NCBI RefSeq assembly: GCF_004010195.1
Contig: NC_057718.1
Location: 94,088,039-94,152,038 of the forward strand
Source: Chiloscyllium plagiosum
Lineage: Eukaryota
DNA: 64,000 bases
Direction of reading: 5' to 3'
How positions within the stretch are numbered: the stretch's first letter is position 1; each line of letters opens with the position of its first letter. Position numbers and translations under genes: made by a program. Of this stretch, positions 49,350 to 60,261 are shown piece by piece. Below the pieces are notes generated by a model that made no database searches, had not been told where the DNA came from, and worked only from the letters and a program-made list of their open reading frames with translations.

Positions 49350-50372
49350 TTTCGTTGAATGAGGGCATTGTTGGCTAGGCCAGTATTTATGGTCCACCCC
49401 TAAATGCCCTCAAGAAAATGAGAGTGAGGCACCTTCTTGAAATACAACAGTCCTTGTTGGTGCTCCAACAGTGCTGCTTGGAAGGGGTTCCAGCGTTTTG
49501 AAACAACTAAAGTGAAGGAACAGCAATTTAGAATAGAATAGCAATTTAGTTTTAATCATATTTATGAAAATACAATGAGATGTCTGTAATTCGCCATAAT
49601 TCAGCACCATATTTATTATAGGAACTATAAAAAGAAGTAAGTGAGATAGATTTAGGACAAAGTTCATCTTTAGTTCTCTCCATGGCTCCTGGGTTTCTGA
49701 AGTAGCTACAGGATGCCCCTGAAGCCGCCAAAGCAAGGATTTCCTGACCGGGCCCACCACTCTGCCATTGCCAACATTGAAGCCACTGTATCGCTGCCAT
49801 AGCCAGGAGGGACAGACCAGACCCACCAACTCACTGATGGTAAAACCGTCACCATTTCAGTCACAGCCCGTAGGTGTCACATTGTCGCCATAGCCACGAG
49901 GAATGAACCAGAACCACCATATCACCACCGCAATAGCCACCGCTGAAACCACCGGCAGGAGGAAGGGAGCAGACCTTGATGAAATCTTGGTAAAGCCGTA
50001 GCCGCTAAGACCACGGGGAAATGGCCTTCGGGGGCCACCACATGGCCATTACAGCGGGCCCTCACTAACCACCTTCCTCCACCACAGCCGCAGAAAAGAA
50101 GAAAAGGTGAACTTTGATGCAAAAGAGGAATGGAGAAACCAAACAATGAAGAATGCAGCCGGCCAGGTGAGCGGGAGCGTATAGGCACAAACCCAAACAC
50201 TTCCTACCCTGCTGTCGCTGCCATCATAGTCAGGATGTGCCTGGTTTGGAAGGATTTCCGAGTCAAGATGGTGAGTAATTTGGAGGGAAACTTGCATATT
50301 GTGGTGTTCCCATGCTTCAGTTGCCCTTGTCCTTCCAGCTGGAAGACACCTTAGGTTTGGATGGTGCTATGT
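49350..50372 (-). mobile_element. Old LINE tail split by a roughly 700-bp insertion (about 49530-50226)
   Basis: Host runs ...GTGAAGGAACAGCAAT and resumes near TTTCCGAGTCAAGATGGTG...TTGGAGGGAAACTTGCA. Confidence 0.65.
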
Positions 50373-50954
50373 TATTCCATCTTTGTCAATGAATGGGATG
50401 CATAGTTATTGATCTACACCATCTGTCTGAAATAGTACAGTTCCTGGTCCCACAGAAAGTATATCAGCAGCAATTATAGTGGGTATGACTGGGTCATGAT
50501 GCTATTATCAAGAAATAATAGCACCTCTTTGATTTTCACCTCTTTGCTGTTCTTCCTCCCAGCACTAGTATTACCTTGTTGTAGCAGTTGATGGAGTGGC
50601 TCACTGAAGAAGTTAGTTTGGGCAATAACTTTGCAATTTGGTTTACCTTAACCATGAACCTCTGGAGTTCTGTCATGTCCCACGGAACTGGAATTTCCAC
50701 AGCTATTTTGGTCTCAGTGGTTGGTCTTAAAGTGTTTACCATTCCTCATACTCTAACCACTGCGTGTGCAACCACTCCAACCTGTCAAGAGCTTGGCCCA
50801 CATTAAGGACAATCAAGTGACTCTGTAGACTGGCCAAACCCTCTGTCCACCCCCAGGAAATGGGCAATGTGGTACCCACTGGACACAGCAACTGGGTGGC
50901 TGGAAAAGCTCCGAGTCTCTGCTGGCACTGACACTGCACTTTTCACCATACAGT

Positions 50955-51195
50955 GTCATAGTCACACAGCACAGAAACTGACCTTTTGGTCCAACTCTTC
51001 CATGCCAACCAGATATCCTAAATTAACCTAGTACCATTTGCCAGCACTTGGCCTATATCCTCCAAACCCTTCCTATTCATGGTGTATTAGTCAGGGGAAA
51101 TCTAGAGTAATAGGATAGGGGAATGGGTCTGTGTGGGTTGCTCTTCAGAGGGTCGGTGTGGACTTGTTGGGCCACACTGTAGCGACTCTATGATT
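50955..51195. mobile_element. Minus-strand CR1 tail abutting a plus-strand HE1 3' fragment
   Basis: GTCATAGTCACACAG...CCCTTCCTATTCAT then GGGGAATGGGTCTGTGTGGGTTGCTCTTCAGAGGG. Confidence 0.75.
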
Positions 51196-51448
51196 GTATA
51201 ATTCTGACAACAGGTGCATCCAAAATATGGCTAAAACACTGGATAGCCAGGTGGGAGAACTAGCATTTCTTGCTGAGGATGAGTTTTGCTTCCTGTAAGC
51301 ACTGCAATTCAGCTTGCACCCTCATGTCATATTCTGTCTGAATAGATCCATAGTTCAGGACATCATCCACAAGATATGTGACTCCATCCAGTCCTTCTAG
51401 GAATCATGTTCATGAAGATTTCTGGCATCAATGTCATGCCAAAGGGTA

Positions 51449-51595
51449 GAGAATCATAAAGTCCTATAGCATGGAGACAGGTCCTACCAAAATGTCCACC
51501 TACACTAACACCATTTCCCTGCACTTGCCCATATCCTTCTAAACCTTTCCTATCCATGTATTTGTCCAAATGCCTTATATAGATTTGTATAAATG
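51449..51595 (-). mobile_element. CR1/HE1-type tail inside the Gypsy RT
   Basis: GAATCATAAAGTCCTATAGCATGGAGACAGG...CCTTTCCTATCCATGTATTTGTCCAAATG. Confidence 0.7.
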
Positions 51596-52814
51596 TATTG
51601 TTGGAACAAAGTCTCCTAAATGGTATAATGAGTATTGTCAGCAACTTAGATTCTTCGCTGGGAGATAGTTGTCAAAAACCATCTGAATTAAACTATTTTC
51701 CAGTTTTGCTAAGCACTCATCCATAGGTAATATGGGACGAATGTTATTACATGTAGCTGTGTCAGATCTACATGAATTCTGATGGACCCATTAGATTCTG
51801 GTAGTGGGACTGTCCCTGAGCACCACATGAGAGTTCTGTCAGAGGAGAGGTAAACCCCGAGCTTCAACATATAATTAATTTGCCTTTAGTAAGAGTAAAT
51901 AGGGAACTTTTCAAGGTGTAAACAAGCACACTGATATCATATGTTATCTTCAGATTTCCTAGCTTTGTGAACAGATGTGAAAATTCAGCTGATTTTCTCA
52001 GCTATTGAGCTCCTCTGCTCTGCAAATGCAAATTAAGTTGATAGAGCCTTTCCTCCTTAACTGTCAACAATTCTGGATTTGGATCACATTTCAGGTTTCG
52101 GTTATTTTTCTCTCTATATATTGAAGAACAGCATTCAGTTACGTATCTCCTTAAGTTCTCTACCTCCTGGCCCATGCAGTTTTTTGCATGATGGATTGAA
52201 GAGAACATTCCTCTCACCATACTTAAGCAGCAGATAGAAGCAAACCACTATAACTTAATGTCCAATTTACTTCCCTCTACTAGGATATCAGCACTCCAGT
52301 AGCATCCACTTGGTCCCACGAACTTGCCATGCAAAAGCATCTCCAAATCATTGACTTCTCTTTTATGAATCTTGCCACTTTTTGGGGTGAAGATGATAAG
52401 GTTTGTGGCGAATGTGAACCTTCATGCCAAAAGTGACCTTTGGCCTTTTTGCTAGCATTATCTTTCACCTGTGTTGTTTCCTGCCACAGTGATAACTTAT
52501 AGCTGAGGTTGTCTGCTCTACAGATGCTTTTTAAATATTTCTCCTTTCACCTTAAAATTATGCACCCGAGTTATGAACTCACCTACCCCAGGGAAGAGAT
52601 GTTTGCTACTATCCAAGTAGGAGAAATGTGCAGTGGAAAGCATTGTATATGGAAATAGATCGTTCATTAGAAAAGTCCTTAAGAGCATAAGGTACAGGAG
52701 CAGAATCTCATTTGGCAAATCAAGTATGCCCTGACATTCAATCATGGCTGACATGTTTCTCAACCCAAGACTAGACTGGGCTAAGAAATAACAAAATGTG
52801 CAGCCAAACAAAGG

Positions 52815-52950
52815 CAAAATGCTGCAAATGTTGTAAATCGGAAATAAAAGCAGCTAGCCAATGTGGAGAAACTGAGCAGGTCTGGCAACAGCCGTAGAGA
52901 GAGAAAAGCAGAGTTTAACCTTTCAACTTCAGGATGACTCCTCCGCAGAA
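52815..52950 (-). mobile_element. Family C Penelope-type repeat
   Basis: GGAGAAACTGAGCAGGTCTGGCAAC...GAGAGAAAAGCAGAGTTTAAC. Confidence 0.6.
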
Positions 52951-53317
52951 CTAAGGGTGTATCCAAGGTTGACGAGCCTTGCCTGAGATCCCTCAGATTT
53001 CGAGACTGAGATTGTAATTAATAAAGGCAATAGGTTACCTGGTGGTTTTTCTGAAATTCTGCAATGTTATAATATATTTTCTCTAGGAAGGGATAGTGTT
53101 TGGCAGTTGAGAAACTGCCCTGTCAAATGTAATGTTGTGATGTTTGCTGCAATGTTATTAGGTAGGATTTATATTCTGTGTTTTCGTTGCTTCTTTACCT
53201 TCTCGTCTTCAAAAGGATTGGTGAGGTTTTTTTTTTCTTACTGTTTGAGAGGGAAACATTTTTCCCACAAATAATTTGGGCAAAATTATGCAAGGGGCAA
53301 ATAACTAAGCAGAATAA

Positions 53318-53624
53318 GGGTGGCACAGTGGCTCAGTGGTTAGCACTGCTGCCTTACAGCACCAGCATCCCAGGTTCAATTCTAGTCTCGGGCAACTGTC
53401 TGTGTGGAGTTTGCACATACTCCCCGTGTCTGCGTGGGTTTCCTCCGGGTGCTCCGGTTTCCTCCCACAGTCCAAAGATGTGCATGTCAGGTGAATTGGC
53501 CATGCTAAATTGCCCATTGTGTTAGGTGACATTAGTCAGAGGGAAATGGGTTACTTTTCGGAGAGTTGGTGTGGAATGGTTGGGCCGAAGGGCTTGTTTC
53601 CACACTGTAGGTAATCTAATCTAA
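53318..53624 (+). mobile_element. HE1 SINE, full length
   Basis: GGGTGGCACAGTGGCTCAGTGGTTAGCACTGCTGCC...CACACTGTAGGTAATCTAATCTA. Confidence 0.93.
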
Positions 53625-54160
53625 AAAAACAGAATTGGTGATGAACAGAAAAAGTACTCAAAATAGTCCCTGTCTAAAACTTACACCAACAAGATAGATG
53701 GAGCAATTGATTGATCAGTTGCTTGTCAATATATGGATTTGGTTTGACTTTATGTTAGGACAGGGCTGATGCTCCTCAGGTCTGCCACTGATAAATCATG
53801 AGCCACATGCCATTGATCCTGAAGATATTCATAATCAATAAGTGTAGCAAAAATAAGCTGAAATGATTGAAAAATAATGTTGCAGTAGAATAAAACATTG
53901 CAGGCAGATCCTATAGGTGAATGGATTATGGCTGAAATGTTGAAATACATTATGATTCTGCTCATTTTGATTTAACGAGGAGGAATGTATCTTTTAAATG
54001 CTATGCATGTCTTTAATATTGTTAATACTTATAGATTGAGGCATTTGCCCCTAGCATTGAAAAAAAAAGCACACTTTCAAAATCTCTGGTGTTTTGTTTT
54101 AAATATGAGATCAAATGAAATTGACGACTCCAATGGCTCCCTGTGATAAATAAGCTCAAT

Positions 54161-55057
54161 TAGAGTCATGGAATTGTACAGCACAGAAACAGACTCTTCA
54201 GTCCAGCTAGTCCACACTGATCAGATATCCAAAATAAATCTATTGCCATTTGCCAGCACTTGGCTCATAACCCTCTAAACCCTTTCTATTCATATACCCA
54301 TCCAGATGCCTTTTGTTCCTTGAAAATCAAGTCACACGTAGACAGGCCACTGAAGAAAGTGTTTGGTATGTTTTCTTTATTGGACAGTGTACTCAGTATA
54401 GGAGTTGGGAGGTCATGTTGTGGCTGTACAGGACTTTGTTTAGGCCACTTTTGGAATACTATGTGCAATTATTGTTTCTCTCCTACAGGAAGGATGTTGT
54501 GAAACTTGAAAGGGTTCAGAAAAGATTTACAAGGAAGTTGCCAGGGTTGAAGGGTTTGAGCTAGAGGGAGAGGCGAATAAGCTGGGGCTGTTTTCCCTGG
54601 AGCATCGGCGGCTGAGGGGTGACTTTATAGAGGTTTATAAAATCATAAGGGGCATGGACAGGGTAAATAGGTAATGTCTTTTTCCCTGGGTCAGGGGAGT
54701 CCAGAACGAGAGGGCATAGATTTAGGGTGACAGGGGAAAGATTTAAAAGGGACCTAAGGAGCAACTTGTTCTCACAGAGGGTGGTATGTATGGAATGAGC
54801 TGCCAGAGGAAGTGGTGGAGGCTAGTACAATTGCAACATTTAAAAGGCATCTGGATGGGTATATGTATAGGATGGGTTGAGACTGATATGGGCCAAGTGC
54901 TGGCAAATGGGACTAGATTAGTTTAGGATATCTGGTCAGCATAGACAAGTTGGGCAAAAGGGTGCTGGGCATCTGTATGACTCTAGATGTTGCAATTGTA
55001 CCAGCTTCCACCACTTCCTCTGGCAGCTCATTCCATACACGCACTACCCTCTGCGTG
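54161..55057. mobile_element. Plus-strand CR1 (54315-54985) nested in a minus-strand CR1 tail (54161-54314 and 54986-55057)
   Basis: Host CCAGATGCCTTTT resumes as ATGTTGCAATTGTACC; insert has RPLLEYYVQ...LERVQKRFTR. Confidence 0.9.
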
Positions 55058-55844
55058 TCAGTGATGTTGCACTGTAGCTTTACCCCTTTTTGTTGAGTTT
55101 ATTCTGTTATTTACATCTCTGTCAGACTCTTTCATTTTCAGCAAAAGGATAAATAACTGGCTGCCTTCAGAAAGATCATGCTGTGTTGATGAGAGAGACC
55201 TCTGAATGTGGATTGCAACTTCTTTGCGAGGAATGGCAAGTTAGCCAAAAGCTCCAGAGCCTGTTCTGAGGAGACTGGGACCAATCGCTATGCTGGCTCT
55301 GCCAACATTCCATACAGTCGGCAGTATAACTCCAGTCTGCACTTTTTTGAATGCAGCAAGTTGCAGTTGACTGAACGCAGAGTAGGGACGGCGAGAATGG
55401 ATGCTGGGTTCCAACCACCTGCCCCTCCTCCACCGCCAAGCAAATAAAAAGGCAACTACCGAATAATGTCATCATACATAGAAACCATGATTTGGAGGAG
55501 CTGGTATTGGACTGGGGTGTACAAAGTTGAACATCACACAACATCAGGTTATAGTCCAACAGGTTTATTTGGAGGCACTAGTTTTCAGAGCACTACTCCT
55601 TCATCAGGTGGTTGTGGACTATAAGATTGTAGGACACAAAATTTACAACAAAAGTTTACAGTGTGATGTAACAAATTATATATTGAAAAAGACTTGGATT
55701 GTTTGTTAAGTCTCTCATCTTTCGGAATGGCCATGTTGGTTTCAATTCTGTCATTTGTAAATCCCGGAACTTTCTTAAAGTTGCATTCTCAAGTGAATTT
55801 TAACAATAGGTGCCATGGCGGGCCAGATAATGCACTGAAGATGT

Positions 55845-56098
55845 GAGGTGTCCTATGTGAGGCTGTCTGTGCCCCCAATGTTCAGTCAGAATCTAATCTA
55901 AAAAAGGGGATTTAGAGAATCCTACATGGATTTATGCAGTTTTTGGGCAAAATAAAATGTAATTCTGCAAGGAGGTGTCCTATGTGAGGCTGTCTGTGCC
56001 CCCAATGTTCAGTCTGAATCTAATCTAAAAAAGGGGATTTAGAGAATCCTACATGGATTTTTGCAGATTTTGGGCAAAATAAAATGTAATTCTGCAAG
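55845..56098 (+). repeat. 127-bp tandem duplication
   Basis: 55845-55971 and 55972-56098, about 3 mismatches. Confidence 0.95.
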
Positions 56099-56684
56099 TA
56101 CAAAATCATCCCACAAATGTGTGTGAGACAGTCCTACAGACACACACACTCTCCTACAGACCCTTGCCCTCACGCAGACCCTCTGTCTCACACAGGCTCT
56201 TTCGCATACGCTCGCACATACACTCCCACACTCTCACACACACACCCTCACACAGACCTGTACCCCTTTACACTCACAGTTACACGCATATACATAAACA
56301 CATTTTCTCACAGACACTCAATACACCCCTCACACACACGCACCGACATGCACACACACCTATAAGCTTGTGGGATGAATTTGTACTTGCAGAATTACAC
56401 TTTGTTTTGCTCAAAAACTGCATGCATCTATGTAAGATTCTGTAAATCCCTTTTTTAGATTAGAATCAGTCTGAGCACTGGGGTGCAGACAGCCTCACAC
56501 AGGGCACCTCACACCTTCAATGCATTACCTGGGCCAATAAGGCACCTATTGTTAAAGTTCAGTTGAGAATGTAACTTTTAAAAAGTTCTGGAATTTACAT
56601 ATGAAAAAACTGAAACCAACATGTCCATTCCAAAAGATGAGAGACTTAACAAATAATCCAGGTATTTCTCAATATATAATTTCA

Positions 56685-57291
56685 ATAGACAATAGGTGCA
56701 GGAGTAGGCCATTCTGCCCTTCGAACCTGCACCGCCATTCATTATGATCATGACTGATCATCCTCAATTAGTATCCAGGTCCTGCCTTATCTCCATAACC
56801 CTTGATTCCATTATCCTTGAGAGCTCTATCCAACTCTTTCTTAGCGTAAGTTGGTCCCGCCATTCCAGGAATTGACCTTGTGAACCTACGCTGCAGTCCG
56901 TCAATAGCCAGAATGTCTTTCCTCAAATTTGGAGACCAGAACTGCACACAGTACTCCAGGTGTGGTCTCACCAGGGCCCTGTACAGCTGCAGAAGAACCT
57001 CTTTGCTTCTATACTCAATCCCTCTTGTTATGAAGGCCAGCATGCTATTAGCTTTCTTCACTACCTGCTGTACCTGCATGCTTGCCTTCATTGACTGGTG
57101 TACAAGAACGCCCAGATCTCTTTGTACTGCCCCTTTACCTAACTTGATTCCATTTACTAGTAATCTGCCTTCCTGTTCTTGCCACCAAAATGAATAACCA
57201 TACATTTATCCACATTAAACTGCATCTGCCATGCATCTGTCCACTCACCTAACCTGTCCAGGTCACCCTGTAATCTCATAACATCCCCCTC
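56685..57291 (-). mobile_element. Internally deleted CR1 inserted in the right arm of the inverted pair
   Basis: QRDLGVLVH...KANSMLAFITRGIEY...LYRALVRPHLEYCVQFWSP. Confidence 0.93.
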
Positions 57292-57350
57292 ATTCAGTTA
57301 CATCAATTTTTGCTATAAATTATGTGTCCTCCGATCTTGTACTCCACAAC

Positions 57351-57385
57351 CACCTGATGAAGGAGCGGTGCTCCGAAAGCTAGTG
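57351..57385 (+). ncRNA. Intact minimal type I hammerhead ribozyme motif (family B)
   Basis: CAC-CTGATGA-A-GGAGC-GGT-GCTCC-GAAA-GC-TA-GTG: helix I CAC/GTG, 5-bp helix II, palindromic AGCT helix III. Confidence 0.8.
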
Positions 57386-57587
57386 CTTCCAAATAAACCT
57401 GTTGGACTATAACGTTGTGTGGTGTGATTTTAACTAAATACAGAAATACAGACACAGATGCAGCGTTGGATGAGACCGTTTGGTCTATTGTGTCTCTCCT
57501 GGTTCATTGAACGCGTTGCTGAGTTCACTCCACTCCCCTCCCGTCAGAACTGGATGATAAGCCGCGCTGCATGATGGAAACCATTTG

Positions 57588-57660
57588 TTGAAGGAGCAGC
57601 GCTCCCAAAGCTAGTGCTTCTAATTAAACGTGTTGGACTATAACCTGGTGTTGTGTGATT
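57588..57660 (+). mobile_element. Family B fragment
   Basis: TGAAGGAGCAGCGCTCCCAAAGCTAGTG...GGACTATAACCTGGTGTTGTGTGATT. Confidence 0.75.
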
Positions 57661-57889
57661 GTTATTGAAGGGGCCTTCATTATCAGTCCAAGGAATGCAT
57701 TCCAAATTGCAATAGCTAAAATATGCCTCTGTTTTCTCAGTGTGCTTCCCATTTTGCCCTAGTCCTTTTGCCAATTGCTTTCAGTCGGTGTCATTTACTT
57801 ACCGGCACTGCTGCTGAATTAGTTTATCCACCTCTCTCCTCCTCCCCCCCCCCCCCCCCCAACAACCCCCGATTTAAAAAGGTATTGTC

Positions 57890-58250
57890 ACAAGGTCTAC
57901 AGCCTATGTGAAAGATGTTCGGCCCATCGGGTCTGTGCTGGTTAAAAACAACCACCTAGCTATTCTGATCAGATGTCCCAGCCTTGGCATCTTGAGTGTC
58001 CATTTAAGTGCTTCTTAAAATAAGGATTTATGCCTCTCACACTCTTACAGGCAGTTAGTTCAAGATTCCTACCACTCTATGGATGAAAAGGTTTTCCCTC
58101 ACACTCCCTCGAAACCTCTTGCCCCTTACCTTAAATCTATGCCCCCGGTCATTGATCCCTCCTTCAAAGGGGAACGATTTCTTCCTATCCACTCTGTCTA
58201 TATCCCCTCATAGCCATCATGTCCTCCACCCCCTCAGTCTCCTCTGGATT
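57890..58250 (-). mobile_element. Decayed CR1 3' fragment
   Basis: TTCGGCCCATCGGGTCTGTGCTGG...CCACTCTATGGATGAAAAGG...CTTAAATCTATGCCCC. Confidence 0.7.
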
Positions 58251-58489
58251 CAGAAACACGTACAAACAGAGGATATCCCTTTGATTTAACATGATTGTCC
58301 AACTTTGAGTGCTCCAGTGTGAGGTGGTTGGAGATGTGAGAGGGTATTCCAGTCTCAATATCTCCTCACTGGTCTCTTTGGTGCATTTCAGAGGATTACA
58401 CGGAATCCAGGTGTGACAGCCCGAAGAAGTACGACACTATTATAAAACAAAGTCCGTGAACACTGGAAATCTGAAACATGAACAGGAAG

Positions 58490-58941
58490 GGATGTTGCCA
58501 GGGTTCGAGGATTTGAGCTATAGGGAGAGGCTAAAGAGGCTGGGGCTGTTTTCCCTGGAGCGTCAGAGGTTGAGGCGTGACCTTATAGAGGTTTACAAAA
58601 TTATGAGGGGCATGGATAGGATAAATAGACAAAGTCTTTTTCCTGGGGTTGGAGAGTCCAGAACTAGAGGACATAGGTTTAGGGTGAGAGGGGAAAGATA
58701 TAAAAGAGACCTAAGGGACAACATTTTCATGCAGAGGGTGATATGTGTATGGAATGAGCTGCCAGAGGAAGTGGTGGAGGATAGTACAATTGCAACATTT
58801 AAGAGGCATTTGGATGGGTATATGAATAGGAAGAGTTTGGAGCGATATGGGCCGGGTGCTGTCAGGTGGGAGTAGACTAGTCGGCATGGACGGGTTGGAC
58901 CGAAGGGTCTGTTTCCATGCTGTACATCTCTATGACTCTAT
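58490..58941 (+). mobile_element. Young 5'-truncated CR1 inserted in a family C repeat (58445-58489 and 58942-59072)
   Basis: Open MLPGFEDLSYRERLKRLGLFSLE...WNELPEEVVE; tail CATCTCTATGACTCTATG. Confidence 0.95.
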
Positions 58942-59293
58942 GCTGGAGAAACTCAACAGGTCTGGCATCATCTGTGGAAGAGGGAGAGAGAGAGAGAGAG
59001 AGAGACAGAGAAATGGATGAAGGGTTACTGGATTCGAAATATTAACTCTGCTTCTCTCTCCACTGATGCCTTTGTTTCAGACAACTGTCGACCGACCCAG
59101 AGCGACTCGCATTTTTCAATTCACTGTGTGCGCCTGGAGAATCTATTACAATCTACAATAACTGTTCTCACTTATTTCTTGGAAATATTTTTTTCCCCCA
59201 CAAGGACGTTTGTGAATTCTGCCCTTATTCTGCATCACTTACACCAGCGGACCGGAGGCTGACACACAGACACAGACACACTAACACACATAG

Positions 59294-59329
59294 CCAGCTA
59301 GTTTATCCACACATGGATAAACTAGCTGG
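59294..59329. repeat. Perfect 16-bp inverted repeat with a 4-nt loop
   Basis: CCAGCTAGTTTATCCA-CACA-TGGATAAACTAGCTGG. Confidence 0.95.
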
Positions 59330-59606
59330 AAGTGTACACGTCAAAATCTTTCAGTTTGGTTGAGAAAGTTTCAGCAATTAGTGACTTAACAATACTGCAG
59401 GTGTTTACAGAGCATCTGATGGAAGCCGATTTTTTTCTATCGGAATAAATCAGAAAGCTATGTTCAGAATCGAATTCTATGCTCATGCCGACTGAATGGG
59501 TTACAGATGTTAATCGAACCTACCTGTTCAGAGATGTTACTGCATACCTCTGGAGCCGGTGGGAGTTGAACCAGGTGCTCCTGGCTGAGAGGCAGGGATA
59601 TTATCA

Positions 59607-60261
59607 GGGCGGCAGAGAGGTTCAATAGGTAGCACGCCTGCCTCAGAGCACCAGGGACCGGGGTTCGATTGCAGCCTCGGGCGACTGTCTGTGCGGAGTT
59701 TGCACATTCTCCCCAGTGTCTGAGTGGGTTTCCTCTGCGTGCCCCGGTTTCCTCCCACAGTCCAAAGATGGAGGGGTTAGGTTGATTGGCAATGCTAAAA
59801 TTGCCCGTACTATTCAGGTTTAGATGGATTGGCCACACTAAATTGCCCATACTATTCAGGAAGTGCAGGGTTAGATGGATTGGCCACACTAAATTGCCCA
59901 TAGAATCCAGGAATGTGCAGGTTTAGGTGGATTGATCATGGGAGATTGTTCATAGAGACCAGGGATGTGCAGGTTTAGGTGGATTGACCATGGGAGATTG
60001 TCCACAGAGTGTAGGGATGTACAGGTTTAGGTGGATTGGCCATGGGAGATTGTTCATAGAGACCAGGGATGTGCAGGTTTAGGTGGATTGACCATGGGAG
60101 ATTGTTCATAGAGTCCAGGGATGTGCAGGTCAAGGTGGATTGACCATGGGAAATATAGGTTTACGGTGATGGAATAGGTATGGGTGGGGTGCTCCTCAAA
60201 GGGTCAGTGTGGACTCGATGGGCCGAATGGCTTGCTTCCACACTGTAGAGATTCTATGATT
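59607..60261 (+). mobile_element. HE1 SINE with an expanded internal tandem unit
   Basis: HE1 head and tail enclose 7-8 related units; 52-bp period at 59962, 60014, 60066 and 60118. Confidence 0.9.

Larger units (their letters stand above)
48063..52500 (-). mobile_element. Highly decayed Ty3/Gypsy gag-pol with multiple nested insertions
   Basis: Minus-strand motifs in Gypsy order: KGHF knuckle-like (about 52430), WSADILV..KLD protease-like (about 52270), NGSIRIHVDLTQL (51754-51798), PMDECLAKL, LPFG...PEIF (about 51440), TELQRFM..VNQIAKLLPKL (about 50650), NDLLIYNERLVIP integrase-proximal (about 48730), IVGYY...IEVK (about 48420). Confidence 0.8.
55484..57435. mobile_element. Large inverted pseudo-LTR pair of Penelope-type family B
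   Basis: 55520-56117 is the reverse complement of 56368-56684 plus 57292-57435; CA-rich spacer; hammerhead in each arm. Confidence 0.85.

Noticed and set aside
53318..53400. tRNA genes at HE1 heads
   Set aside because: These are tRNA-derived SINE heads continuous with HE1 bodies
55130..55450. Possible coding exon after TTCATTTTCAG
   Set aside because: No recognisable protein in any frame and no convincing donor site; cannot be supported
59765..60152. CRISPR-like periodic array
   Set aside because: The units are contiguous tandem copies inside an HE1 SINE, with no unique spacers and no cas genes, in eukaryotic DNA
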